DNA of 63,166 nt, counting the filler, from Chrysochromulina tobinii (taxonomy: Eukaryota): the NCBI GenBank assembly GCA_001275005.1. It is 9 parts of 9 records of this genome, joined end to end, with 100 filler letters (N's around TTAATTAATTAA, not from the genome) between each part and the next. Parts side by side here need not be neighbours in the genome. Positions count along the whole stretch, not along the records: positions 34,630 to 42,450 come from JWZX01000870.1; positions 42,551 to 53,119 come from JWZX01000871.1; 7 more parts are not named here. One strand, written 5' to 3'. The notes under the pieces were generated by a model. That model saw only the letters and a list, made by a program, of their open reading frames with translations. It had not been told where the DNA came from and did no database searches. The translations under genes and the position numbers were made by a program. Each line of letters opens with the position of its first letter. Position 1 is the stretch's first letter. This document shows positions 34,630 through 46,010 of this stretch, in pieces.

Positions 34630-35207
34630 CGCCTCCCCCTTCGCCGCCACCGCCCTCTCCACCGCCGCCCTCGCCGCTTCCCCCTTCGCTGCCACCGCCC
34701 TTGCCGCCGCCGCCCTCGCCGCCGCCCCCCTCTCCACCGCCGCCCTTGCCGCCTCCCCCTTCGCCGCCCTCGCTGCCGCCGCCCTCGCTGCCGCCGCCGC
34801 CGCCCTCTCCACCGCCGCCCTTGCCGCCTCCCCCTTCGCCGCCACCGCCGTCGCCGCCGCCGTTGGCGCCGCCGCCCTCGCCGCCTAGGCTCCTCTCCGT
34901 AGAAGCTGCGCTCTCCGTAGAAGCTGCGCTTGCCCAGGTACGACCGGATCAGTTCACGTGGGAGCAAACGGCAGCCGCAACGGCGGTCTTCTTCGCCATG
35001 CTCACTTTCACTGGCCTCCTCATCTACGTCGCAGTCAAGAATGGCTTCTGTACCCGCTGCACCCCTGAGAAGCCCTCGGCGTCTGCCTCTTCTGCCACCC
35101 CAGCAGGTGTGTCCATGACGAGCTCCCAAGCGTCGAACAAGGTCCTCGAGGTCAAGATCGACGGAAAACCCGTCCAGCTCCGGGCCAATCTGAGTGATGC
35201 AATCTGA
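34630..35207 (+). CDS. C-terminal fragment of a Pro-rich single-pass membrane protein
   Basis: SPPPP repeats, then TM TAVFFAMLTFTGLLIYVAV, stop at 35205-35207. Confidence 0.65.
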
Positions 35208-36141
35208 TTGGGCCATGATGGTGACCGCGTGTATGCAGAGCCAAGCTTGACCTCGGCGTCTAAGGGAAAGATACGCTGCTGAGTGCCGACGGCGTCCAAG
35301 GGAATGAAGATACGCCGCTAAGTGCAGATGAGCTCGGCACGAAAAGGAGGGTGGGAGCGCACGGCGGTCGAGCGCACCGAAAAGGCGGCGCGTGTGGCTG
35401 CACGCTCGCCGTGTCGCCGATGACGGTCGGGACTCGGGAGGGGCGCTGATCGCCGATGAGGGTCGCAGTCACGAGCAAGATGCTCTATGTGCTCCCGCGG
35501 GACACCGGCTAGAACATGTGCGTATGGGGTGAGGGCGTAGGGGGTGAGGGCGTAGGGGGCGAGGGCGTGTAGGGGTCAAGTGGGTGAGTGAGGAAGCGAG
35601 TGCGTAGGGGATGCGGACGTGCGGTGGGGTTCTGTTTCGAATTGGTGGGATCACGCAAAGCGTTTGCTGTAGCGTGTTAGTAGGGGCGATACGCGACATA
35701 CGTATCCGCTGAATAGGTTACTGACATGAATGGCGCTAGACGAGATTTCAGATCTAGTTTTCTTCCTAGGCAACAAGTTGCACAGGGCGGTAGGCGCACC
35801 AGCTCGACGAGCTAGGTCTGCGCCGGCGGGCGGGCAATATTTAGCAAACTCATCCTTGATCCTACTTTCTCAAACGCGCATACATTTACATAAACAACTC
35901 AATGGTCGACGTACGACGACACGTTTCCTTGAAGAAACGACGAACTTGTGTCACGTTCGCCCGTGTCGCGGCGCCCAGGTGTCGCGCGTGGTTGTTGTCG
36001 TGTGTCGAGCGCAGCGCGCGCTCGCTCGCCACGTTTGTCGTGCATAGGGACAACGATATACCCACGCGCTCCCGCGCCTCGACCCTCGAGGTCGAGCCGT
36101 GCCCCCGTGCTCGTGCGTGTCTACGCTCAGCATGACCAAGG

Positions 36142-39100
36142 CAATGGGTAGGTACCACTAGTCGCGCGCCGACGGGGGTGGGGGCGTTCTGGAAGGGGTG
36201 ATTAAGTTGCCCCTTTGCCTACCGCAGGCGCGAAAAAATTGGCGATATTGACTGTAAATCACTTCATTTAAAGGCCCTGAAATTGACGCCACTCACACAC
36301 TATTTACTGCGACGTACATGTAAGTACCGACTACTACGATGGCACACTAGCCACAATGACAAAAGCAACTGTCTCGCTCCCTTATCCGCCCGCTCTCTCG
36401 ACTGCATGACACACCACCCTGTAGAGCACACGAGAGCCAGCAACGAGCACAAGCTGAGTCGTCATCTGCGTGGAGTCAGTCGAGGCTCACAAGGCGGTTA
36501 TTACACTGTTTGCAGTTGATTGCTGGTCGACTACTGCTCATCACAGTGCTTGGCCAACTGCTTCCGGTGGTTGGTGGCCGCCGCCTTTGCTGCCTCTTCC
36601 TCGAGCAATTCTTTCGCTTTTGCTGCAGCCTTTGCTGCGGCTGCTGCGGCGCGACCACCCGTCGCCTCCTCCCTCGCCGCCGCCCTCGCCGCCACCCTCG
36701 CCTCCGCCCTCGCCTCCGCCGTCACCGCCACCATCGCCGCCGCCCTCACCTCCGCCGTCACCGCCACCATCGCCTCCGCCCTCACCTCCGCCCTCGCCGC
36801 CGCCGTCGCCGCCACCCTCACCGCCTCCGCCCTCGCCACCTCCGTCACCACCACCCTTGCCCCGCTCCTCACCGTCGTTACTCGACGCCGCCGTAATCAC
36901 GGCGGCGTCGAGAGACTTTTGCGTTCCCTTTTGGGGCCGGCTGTTTTGTACCTCACGGAGAATCTACTCGTTAGGGTGGCCTCTCCCGCGGTTACATCAG
37001 TCGGTACGATCAGTATGTCCTCGCAGAAGCGGCCGCCCTCCACTCACCCTCAGCCGAGCCGCACACCCACCCGCGGGTGGTGCCCATCCACTAGCACCAC
37101 ACTAAAACGAACCCCACAGGTTCACATACTTTTAATACAGCTTTGCACATGATAGTTACGCGGGCCCCGACTGTTATGGCTTATGCCGACTGTCCATGAG
37201 CGATGAGTGCTATTGCCGGCCAGCACGCGGGTGAGTTTCAGAGTGGCTCCAGCGTAAGCCAAGCAGAGCACCTTGAGCAGCGCGGGTACGTTGCGTTGCC
37301 AATGTGACGAAGAGCAAGCTGCTCTTCAGTCATCCTGCGGACAAAGTTGGGCGCGGAGAGCGCTAGCCAACGCTCGTCCGGGTCGTCGTTGACTTCCCGG
37401 AATTCGCGCCAGGCAAGGTGGCACTCATCGCAGAAGGACGTGCATCCGCACGAGTCGACGACGATTGCCATCCTAACATGGCACTGTAGGCACTCTTGGG
37501 CAGTGTTGTACGCACTGTTGCCCTCCTCCTCCTCCGCGGCGGCAGCTGCCGCAGCAGCCTGGCCGGCGCTGGAGTTTGAGAAGTTCCTTGACAACGTGGC
37601 GAGCTGTGCCATGATCGAGGCCCGGCGTCCCATGAGTGCGTCCCGGAACCCCCGGGCGGCAGATGCGACTGGCGTCGTCCAGGGACGGGGCTGGCTAAGT
37701 GTGCCATTGTCTTCGGCTAGGGCGCCCCCTGCCAAACCCACCTCCGTCGCCCCCGCCGCTCCCGCCCCCACCTCCGATGGGCAGAGATCTATGATCTCTT
37801 GGGCAGGGGCAGCCTCTGGCTCTGCAGCAGCGTTTTGAAGTGCGTCGAAGGCAACACGCCTCGCGCGGAGGCCCTGAGCTCCTTGATTTTGGAGCGCATG
37901 CCGCCGGGCGCGACGGTAGTCGCGAGGCGTTGGTGAGGCCATGTCGCCATACTCGACTAAGTCTGGAATGTGTGCTGCACCTCCATCTCCGCCGCCCCCC
38001 TCTCCACCGCCGTCACCACCTCCGCCATCTCCACCTCCGTCGCCGCCGCCGTCTCCTCCTCCGTCGCCGCCGCCCTCGCCGCCGCCCTCCCCGCCTCCGT
38101 CACCGCCACCATCACCACCACCATCACCGCCAGGGCGCGTGTCCTCGACGCCGCGGGGCGAGGACAAGGAAGGCTCGGCGGTTGCCGCGGTGGCAGCGAC
38201 GGCGGGGGCGGGGGCGGCTGCGGCTAGCTCACGCTCCCACTCACCAATCATCTCCTGCAGACGCGCGAAGAGTCGAGGTGACTGCGACAGGAAGCCCTCC
38301 TGCGTCACACCAAGACCCTCGCTCACCAGTGGCCATGACTGTGTCATCGGGTCCTCAGGCTCCTGCCCGAGCGGAGCCGCGTGAAGGTATGGCCAGCGGT
38401 GCTCAGCGGGCATAGAAGAGCACGGCTGTGACCGCGTTGTACGCTCATGTACAACTCCCGGGCGCAGATATGGAGCCAGCGCAGCCGATCGGGCATAGAA
38501 GGCACGATAGTTGTGGACGAGGTCCCCCCAGCGAAAATCACCGTGAGCCCATGCATACTGGTATGCCATGAGCTCACCGTCATCGAGCACGGCATGGATG
38601 AATGGCACGTATACCAGTGAGTACTGGCGTTGGGCGGCAGGCCGGGCAGCAAGGGCGCGGAGGCCATCCCGCAAGCGCAAGAGCAAGCCATGGCGTCGAT
38701 CCCAAGCTTGCGCCCGTGACCATCGCCGTGGAGAATCTGGCGCTGAGAGGCTGTAACTTCCAAAATCGTCACCATGGCCAACGCGGAGGCCATCTTGGTC
38801 GCCATCGCCACGATCATCTCTGCCACCGTCGTCACGGTGTTCTCCGTGCATGTCGCGTCTGCTGCCATGTTCACCATTGCCGCGTGAGTCGACGCCCTCA
38901 ACGCCACCATGACCATCGCTGCCGCCGTCGTCGCCGTCGTGTCTGCCGCCACCATCGTGTCTGCCGCCGCTGATGCCGCTGCCGCCGCTGATGCCGCGGC
39001 CGCCGCTGACGCCGCTCACACCCTCGCCGCCGCTGACACCGCGGCCGCTGACGCCACCGCCACTGCCGCGGCCATTGCCGTCGTCCTCGATACCGCCGTG

Positions 39101-41216
39101 GCCCTCGCCACCGCCAGAGCCGCCGAGAGGCCACCCACCGCCGTCACTGCCATCCCCGCCCCCGCCGCCGCCGCTTCCATTGCTCTCCATGTCCAACTCT
39201 TGATTGTCAGTTGAGATGAGGAGTAGAAGGTTGCCTAACTGGTCCTGCATATCGTCTAGACGACGTTGCATCTCGAGGAGGCGCAGCGCTTGCGCTTGAA
39301 TTTCGTTTCGGAGCGGGGCAACTTGCGCTTGAATTTCGTTTCGGAGCGGGGCAACATGAGGTTCGACGAGAGGTTCGAGGAGCCGTGGAGCGAGCTGCTC
39401 AACGGCCTGCTGGATCGCCCTTCGAATAGCTTGGCCGCGCTCGTCATCAACGGCGAGCGCAATGTCGAGAACGAGTGGAAGAACTTCGCGCACTTGACTT
39501 GCCAAAGATGGTGCGGGCGTGGTCGCCTGCGCAGGTGCACGAGGTGTGGGCACCGCTGGCGCTGCGGCTCCCACAGGTGCACGCGGCAGGACATGAGGTG
39601 CGGGCGCAGGCGCCACGGGCGCGGGCGCGGGAGCCGCTCTCTGTGCTACTCGCGCATGAGGCGGCGGGCGCTCATGCGCCGCTCGCACAGGAGGTAGAGG
39701 CTCAGGTGCCGCACGCGCAGGAGGACGAGGCGGAGGCTCGTGCGCCGCTGGCGCAGGCGCACGAGGCGCTGCTCGCACAGGCGCCATCGCGGCGGCAGGT
39801 GCATCCGCGGGTGAAGGTGCCGCTCGAGGTGCTGCTTGCGCAGGCGCCCTGCTGGGCGGCGGTGCCCTTGGCAATCCATCTTGCTCATGAGCAGCGACTG
39901 TGAAGAGGAGCCTGAGCTGGCCAGTGCTGTTTGCGAAGAGAACAGCGCCGTTGCTCTGGTCACGCGCGAGGAACCCATCCGGATTGGCGATCCGAATCTG
40001 GCTCATGACCAGGTCTGTCATCGCGACGCCAGCTGCGAACACGGGCTCTGCTGCTGGGTCTGTCATGGCATGCCTGATCCTGCCAAGGCTGAAGCTGATC
40101 CTGCCGTCCCCATTATGATCACATGGCACCTTGATGGTGTAAAACTGCTCTGACATGTCCGGTTCGAGCTGCCCATTAGCGACAGGCTGATCGAACCGAT
40201 CATGCTTGACCTTGCCCATCTGCACGCGCACTGCGCGCAAGGAAGACTGCTGAGCTGACTGCTGCACGGCGCCGCGACCGCGGCCGCGCCCGCTCGTACG
40301 CCCGTGCCCACGGGTCTCTGCCGCCCAGCTAGAGGCGTGATTCGATGAGCGCCGCCGGTCGTCTTGGTCGTCCTCGTCACGGCGGCTGTGTTCATCACGG
40401 TGGCCGTGGTAGTCTCGGAAAGAACTCCCACGGCGCTGGGGAAGGCGCTGATGAAAGCCAGCCTCGTTGTCGTCGTCGCGTCGCGATCGCGAACGCGATC
40501 GATCGCGCTCGCGACGACGATGGTTGCTGGCTCCTTCGTCCCCATGATCGTCGACAGCTTGCTCATAAGAACGGTCCATCTCCTCCATCGCCTCGCGGCG
40601 GGCGGCATCACCCCATCGCGGACGATGTTGAAAGTGATGTTGAAAGGCTTCGTCATCATCTTCGTCATCTAAGTGCACGGCGCGATGCATCAGACGTCGC
40701 GCTCTCTGCGTCCCGTTCAATGGGCGTCAGGTGGAGTCCCGGCCTTTGCGTCCTGCGCGGAGCAGCGAGGATGGTTTCGGGAAAACTTGTGGAAACATCT
40801 TTTTGACTTGTGAGTTCTTTCTTATTTTTCAAACAATAAACTATGAACTCACAACTTCGGGGTTCGGGTGCCGGGTTAGTTTCACGTTGCCCGGCGCGGC
40901 AGTTTGAGGTTGTTGGTTCAAATTTGTTCATTTTCCAAACTTCAAAGTGCAAACTGACTTCTGCGACCGAAGTTGTAAGTTGTTTGTTGTTGAACAACTA
41001 ACAACTATGAACTTGAAACCCGAAAACGCGAGTTGTATGTTATTATTTCGCGTGGCGCCTCATAGATTAGTACCCTTAGATTATGTGGATTATTTGACTG
41101 CCTAGCTGCTGCCTAGTTCGTAATCATGTTCGTAATCAAGTCTTGCCCCATGTGCCATGAGGGAACGCGCCCCCCGTCGGACTTATCGGTCCGCGACTAG
41201 TGGTGCCGACCCATTG
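36142..41216. mobile_element. 5,075-bp non-autonomous hAT-like DNA transposon
   Basis: TIRs CAATGGGTAGGTACCACTAGTCGCG (from 36142) and CAATGGGTCGGCACCACTAGTCGCG (reverse strand from 41216), 23/25 identical; perfect 8-bp TSD GACCAAGG at 36134-36141 and 41217-41224; subterminal GCCTAG and TTCGTAATCA repeats at 41100-41140. Confidence 0.85.
37238..40690 (-). CDS. Transposon-borne ~1150-aa protein with C-terminal RING-like Zn finger
   Basis: Uninterrupted ORF; charged N-terminus, Pro/Ala-rich region, coiled coil (VAPLRNEIQAQ x2), Gly-rich tracts, CLQC...CGCTSFCDEC...CSRC. Confidence 0.65.
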   Translation of the reverse strand: MHRAVHLDDEDDDEAFQHHFQHRPRWGDAARREAMEEMDRSYEQAVDDHGDEGASNHRRRERDRSRSRSRRDDDNEAGFHQRLPQRRGSSFRDYHGHRDEHSRRDEDDQDDRRRSSNHASSWAAETRGHGRTSGRGRGRGAVQQSAQQSSLRAVRVQMGKVKHDRFDQPVANGQLEPDMSEQFYTIKVPCDHNGDGRISFSLGRIRHAMTDPAAEPVFAAGVAMTDLVMSQIRIANPDGFLARDQSNGAVLFANSTGQLRLLFTVAAHEQDGLPRAPPPSRAPAQAAPRAAPSPADAPAAAMAPVRAAPRAPAPAAHEPPPRPPARAAPEPLPPVRAAHERPPPHARVAQRAAPAPAPVAPAPAPHVLPRAPVGAAAPAVPTPRAPAQATTPAPSLASQVREVLPLVLDIALAVDDERGQAIRRAIQQAVEQLAPRLLEPLVEPHVAPLRNEIQAQVAPLRNEIQAQALRLLEMQRRLDDMQDQLGNLLLLISTDNQELDMESNGSGGGGGGDGSDGGGWPLGGSGGGEGHGGIEDDGNGRGSGGGVSGRGVSGGEGVSGVSGGRGISGGSGISGGRHDGGGRHDGDDGGSDGHGGVEGVDSRGNGEHGSRRDMHGEHRDDGGRDDRGDGDQDGLRVGHGDDFGSYSLSAPDSPRRWSRAQAWDRRHGLLLRLRDGLRALAARPAAQRQYSLVYVPFIHAVLDDGELMAYQYAWAHGDFRWGDLVHNYRAFYARSAALAPYLRPGVVHERTTRSQPCSSMPAEHRWPYLHAAPLGQEPEDPMTQSWPLVSEGLGVTQEGFLSQSPRLFARLQEMIGEWERELAAAAPAPAVAATAATAEPSLSSPRGVEDTRPGGDGGGDGGGDGGGEGGGEGGGDGGGDGGGDGGGDGGGGDGGGEGGGGDGGAAHIPDLVEYGDMASPTPRDYRRARRHALQNQGAQGLRARRVAFDALQNAAAEPEAAPAQEIIDLCPSEVGAGAAGATEVGLAGGALAEDNGTLSQPRPWTTPVASAARGFRDALMGRRASIMAQLATLSRNFSNSSAGQAAAAAAAAEEEEGNSAYNTAQECLQCHVRMAIVVDSCGCTSFCDECHLAWREFREVNDDPDERWLALSAPNFVRRMTEEQLALRHIGNATYPRCSRCSAWLTLEPL

Positions 41217-41627
41217 GACCAAGGGCTGCAGCGCGCCAATGGTGCCGCCGGGCGCTGGAGCTCCGGTGCCGCTTCCGATAGCCCCTCTTCTTCCGCCTGC
41301 GATGTCCCACCTCTTTTCACTATAGGGGCAAGCGGAGCCTGTTCTCTATGAGTCTCGTGTTGGATGTTACGAAAGGGTGTGTTGGCTCTGCATGTTGGCT
41401 CGGGGGCGGCTTCGCAACGCATGGGGTGTGCGCGCCCTGCAGCCTGCACGACTCGGATGGGGACCTGCATGCATGCAGAATCTCCGGCGCGTCAGCTCAT
41501 GAGAAAACGCTTGAGGTGCCGTGTTCGAGAGCACTTCGAAATGTCTCGTTATCGAAGCATGCAAGACTCTCTGGCGCGCGTCTCTAAATGACGCAAAACC
41601 GGCGATTCTGCCTTTTGCGGGCCAGCA

Positions 41628-42450
41628 ATGCCGATGCTGCCGAGGAAAGCGATTGTGCTGCTCGCGATCGCCCTGATAAAACCGAAATACGCTCAGACGA
41701 CTTCGCCGTCGCCGTCGCCGCCCCCGTCGCCACCCCCGCCGTCGCCGTCGCCGCCTCCGCCGTCGCCGTCGCCGCCTCCGCCGTCGCCGTCGCCGCCCCC
41801 GCCGTCACCGCCGTCTCCACCTCCTGCGCCACCGGCACCCTATTTTCCGCCCTTCCCGCCCATTACGGAGAGCGGGCAAAGCATAGCTTCTGTAGTGGCG
41901 ACGGTCGTGAGGCTCGGCCTCACAATTGGTGGTGACGTGTCTAGCTGGGATGCTCCCATGATTCGCAGTGTGCTGAGAAACCTCCGCGGACCCCTGAAAT
42001 GTCAACTTCCGACCTGTGTCATTAGCGTGCGCGCCTCCGCGGGCAGCGTGCTGCTCTCCATCGACCTCATCATAGACCAAAACGGCCCAGACAACCCCAG
42101 CATCACCGTTGCCGTCGCCCGAGCCGCCGCCATCGCGCTGGTTAGCAACATCACCGAAGTGTCGAGCACCCTCGGCGTGACTGTCCTGGCGACGACTGGC
42201 GTGACTACGACGACTGGTCTCTCCGTGCCGATCTTGGCCGCTCCGCCGCCGCCGTCGCCGCCGCCAAGTCCACCATACCTGCCCGGCACCGTCTGCACCG
42301 ACGAGTGCATCGGATTCCCTACTTACGCCTCCGATGGCGCGTGCGACGACGGTGGTCCCGGCGAGGAGTTTTCGTTTTGTGCGTACGGCACTGACTGCTA
42401 TGACTGCGGCGTGCGCCAAGGGCCGTCGATGCCGCCCTCTCCTCTGCCCT
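41628..42450 (+). CDS. Secreted Pro-rich protein with one CDDGGPG repeat; 3'-truncated
   Basis: Signal-like AIVLLAIALI, SPPPP tract, globular segment, VCTDECIGFPTYASDGACDDGGPGEEFSFCAYGTDCYDCGVR. Confidence 0.8.
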
Positions 42451-42550
42451 NNNNNNNNNNNNNNNNNNNNNNNNNNNNNNNNNNNNNNNNNNNNTTAATT
42501 AATTAANNNNNNNNNNNNNNNNNNNNNNNNNNNNNNNNNNNNNNNNNNNN

Positions 42551-43175
42551 CATCAGAGGCAATCAGAGCTCATCAGAGGCAATCAGAGCTCATCAGAGGC
42601 AATCAGAGCTCATCAGAGGCAATCAGAGCTCATCCGAGGTCATCAGTGGTCATCAGAGGCTATCATCAGAGGCTATCATCAGAGGTTATCAGAGGTCATC
42701 AGAGGTCATCAGAGGTCATCAGAGGTCATCCAAGGTCATCAGAGGCCATCAGAGGTCATTGGAGGTCATCAGTGGTCATCAGTGGTCATCAGTGGTCATC
42801 AGTGGTCGTCATCAGCGATCATCAGAGGTCATCAGTGGTCATCAGTGGTCATCAGAGATCATCCGAGGTCATCCGAGGTCATCTGGCCGCGCACCCTGAC
42901 CCTGATCTAGGTGCATCAGGTGGAGCTCTGTCCACATAGCCCACGCCTCTAGTTGCCAGCCATGAGCACCTTGTTTTACCTGATGAGGGAGGTCATCCGA
43001 GGTCATCCGAGCTCATAAGAGGTCATTAGAGGTCATCAGTGGTCATCAGTGGTCATCAGAGGTCATCAGTGGTCGAGCACGAACCTGCAGGCCACCATAC
43101 GGTCATCAGTGGTCATCATTGGTCATCAGAGGCCATCAGTGGTCATCAGTGGTCATCAGTGGTCATCAGTGGTCG
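42551..43175 (-). repeat. Intronic arrays of the 10-mer GATGACCTCT/GATGACCACT/GATTGCCTCT
   Basis: Dozens of tandem CATCAGAGGT/CATCAGTGGT units on the plus strand. Confidence 0.95.
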
Positions 43176-43248
43176 AACACGAGAACCTGCAGGCCATCAG
43201 GTGAGCTCTGGGCGAGGAACCCAAGGGGGGGAACCTCCTCTGACGAAC

Positions 43249-43970
43249 CTGGTGGACGGAGCCGCGGCAGCGAGCGCGGCGACTGATTTGAGGTCGTCCG
43301 CACGGACGCAGAGCTCGAAGACGAGATCGAAATCTCCCGCGAGCTTCGCCTTCGCCACGATGTCGTCGCGCAGGCAGGTGCCCGCCGGCTGCGGGTGCAG
43401 CACCTGGCGCACACCCTTGACCGATGGCACCGCCGACCATCGCTCCACCCAGGCCGCGAACTCGTCGACGGTCCCATCGACGACGGGAGCGCCTATGACG
43501 GCGCCGCATAGCCGGTTGCTTGGGTCGGCGCACAACGCGACAAGCGCCGCCGCCTCCTTGGCACGATCCTCCGGTGCCACATCCACCTCCATGTAGACGC
43601 AGTGCGTCACGTTGGGAACCTGGGACGCGTAGTCTGCGATGGAGGCGTCGACGGCGATGGAGGTGAGGCTCGTGTCGCCGATGAGCCAAGGCGGTAGCGA
43701 CGAGGCCGACCACAGGTGCACGTGCGTGTCCACGATCGTGCGGGAAGTTGTCGCAGCACTCGCCTTCTTGGCCGCCTTCTTGGCCGCTTTCTTGGCCGCC
43801 TTCTCAGCAGCGAGCTCGCGCTTGGCCTCCTCGAAGGCGGCGTCGACGTCGTTCGCGAGGTCCGCCATCGAGCTCTCGAGGTCGTCGACTTCTAGCGCCG
43901 CCCAGTCCGACGGCTTCGCTAGACGCGACTCATCGAAGGGACGCAGAACCAGTTGCTCGTCGGACGCCAT
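43249..43970 (-). CDS. Amidohydrolase_2-family (lactonase-like) enzyme, exon 1; remainder probably beyond contig end
   Basis: IVDTHVHLW, CVYMEV, VKGVRQVLH, DLVFELCV; expected continuation RFVLDHC is seen as abortive copies inside the following intron. Confidence 0.85.
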
Positions 43971-44180
43971 GTCGCCCAAGCCGCGCGCGCTCGTCGGACG
44001 CCATCGCCCAAGCCGACATCGACCGTGAATGATCGGTTGACTCTGTGAATGAACGGCGGGGGGGCCGACGGGCGCGCGCGCCAATAATCTCCTCGACTTT
44101 CACATTGACGCCTTTCTCGCTTGCATGCATGTCTAGGGGAAACACAAGACTAGCCCACCACTCTCACCTCAAGGAGAGCC

Positions 44181-46010
44181 ATGGAAGTGACGCAAGCGAA
44201 CGCGTGCGCACTGCACTGGCTCGATGCAGGCGCTTACATCTTCGACGCGGTCAGCCACAACAACGTGCAGGCGCTCGAGCTCTACCTGCGGCATGTCCAG
44301 AAAACATGCAGCTTCGCGAGCTCTGCAATCGCGCGCACCGGCGACGACGAGTGCATGTGGCCGCTTCTCAAGGCCGCGCAGGAGGGGCACTACGAGTGCG
44401 CGAAGCTGCTGCTCGAGCACGGGTCGCCGGTCGACATGCCCGCCGAGTACGTCGACCGCGCGCCCGATCTCCCGCTCACGACACCGCTCATGTGGGCAGC
44501 GCATCGGCACGACGTCCGGCTGGTCGAGCTTCTCCTCTTTCACGGAGCGGACCCGCGGCGCATCGACGACGTCAACGCCGACGATGAGAATGGGAGCGCG
44601 TAAGAAGCCCCCGAGCCTCTCACTGACCTCTCACTCGCTCACATTCGAGTAGTGTCCTCCTCCAAGTGCTGCACTCGCGCCCTGTGCACACTGCGCGCTG
44701 GACGCGACGCTGTGGACCGCTCGTCGGACTCACTGACAAACAGTACGACCGTCACTGACAGTGCGAGATCCCCACTCCTCCCCACAGGTACGAGTACGCT
44801 CTGGGAGGCGATCTGACGACCTTCCAGCTCGACAACGCAGGCGAGCGATGCCTCGAGCTCCTCACCGACGCGCTGGACGAGGCTGAGCGCGGAGAGCGCG
44901 AGGAGGGCTGCGCGTACGCCGACTGTTCGTGTCCGTGGCATGGTGGCTACGGCAACAGACCGTGGAGCTATGCCCAAAAGGGCTCGAGCAGTGGTTACGC
45001 CCAAAACGGCTCGAGCAGTGGCTCGAGCACCGACGGTGACGACGCCACCTTGGACGACGTCCACGACGAGAATCACGACGACCGGCGTGAATCTCGTGGG
45101 AATCTCGACGAGAACGGCGAGCCCGTCGAGCTTCTGGAGTTTCGCACGGGCTGTGGCAAGGCAGCAGTGCCGGCACTCGTCACGGCGCTCGGCGCGGGAT
45201 GCCTCGAGCTGCTCAGTGATGACGGCACTGCAGCGTCCTCCGTGCCTGCACCCGCACCGGCGGCGGTGCTGTGGCACAAGAAGGGAGTGAGCTACACGGC
45301 CCGGCCTGTCAAGTCGGGTGTGAATGGCAAGTCGGGTGTGAATGGTACGGATCGGCCTTTGGCCACAGCGAACGTTCGGACGAGCGAAGCGCTCGACATG
45401 GCTCTCATCGACGTCGACGACGCAGCAGACGACCGTGTGCTGCAGCCGCTGTTCAGCCTCGAGAGCGGCTTCACGCAGACCGCCGATCTGCCCCTCGGAG
45501 CTCTCCCCTCCGACCAGCCCTCAGACCTGCTGGTCTTGCACCTGCCGCCCGAGCCGCTCACCTCCCTGACCTCCCCCACGGCGCGACAGCAACCCCGCCC
45601 GGCGCATGCATGTGCTCACTACGGCGCGCGTCCGCGAGACGTCCACCTGAGCTTCTCGGCCCACCTGCGTCGCCGGTTGGGCGCGATGAGCGACTCAGCC
45701 GTCATCGGACCCTGCGCCGCCATCATCAAGCGGCGCTACCCGAGCGGGTAAGTTCCGTCACTGATTGCCACTGAGTGCAACTGATTACGCCGCCATCATC
45801 AAAGTGGCGGTACCCGAACGGATGACCAGAGGCCCCAAGCCCCTGCCCCAATGAGGGCGCATGCAAGCGCTCACCTCGGAGCCCCCCCCGCTCCCCCACA
45901 CTCTCCACAGGTACAACAAATCCAAGCTCGGCCCGAACCAGGGCCATCGGTCGCATGGTGGCGGCACTCGGGTGGCGGTCGTCGAGTACATTTACACGGC
46001 TGGCCAATGA
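44181..46010 (+). CDS. Ankyrin-repeat protein
   Basis: Exons 44181-44599, 44788-45747, 45911-46010 join in frame; PLLKAAQEGHYECAKLLLEHG, TPLMWAAHRHDVRLVELLLFHGAD, GSA|YEYA. Confidence 0.75.

Noticed and set aside
36470..37152. Pro-rich ORFs inside the transposon
   Set aside because: Driven by a CCG-type microsatellite open in several frames; no supported gene model.
42551..43175. Repeat arrays as CRISPR or as ORFs ([15 protein letters not shown]...)
   Set aside because: Tandem 10-13-mers without unique spacers, intronic, no cas genes; translations are artefacts.
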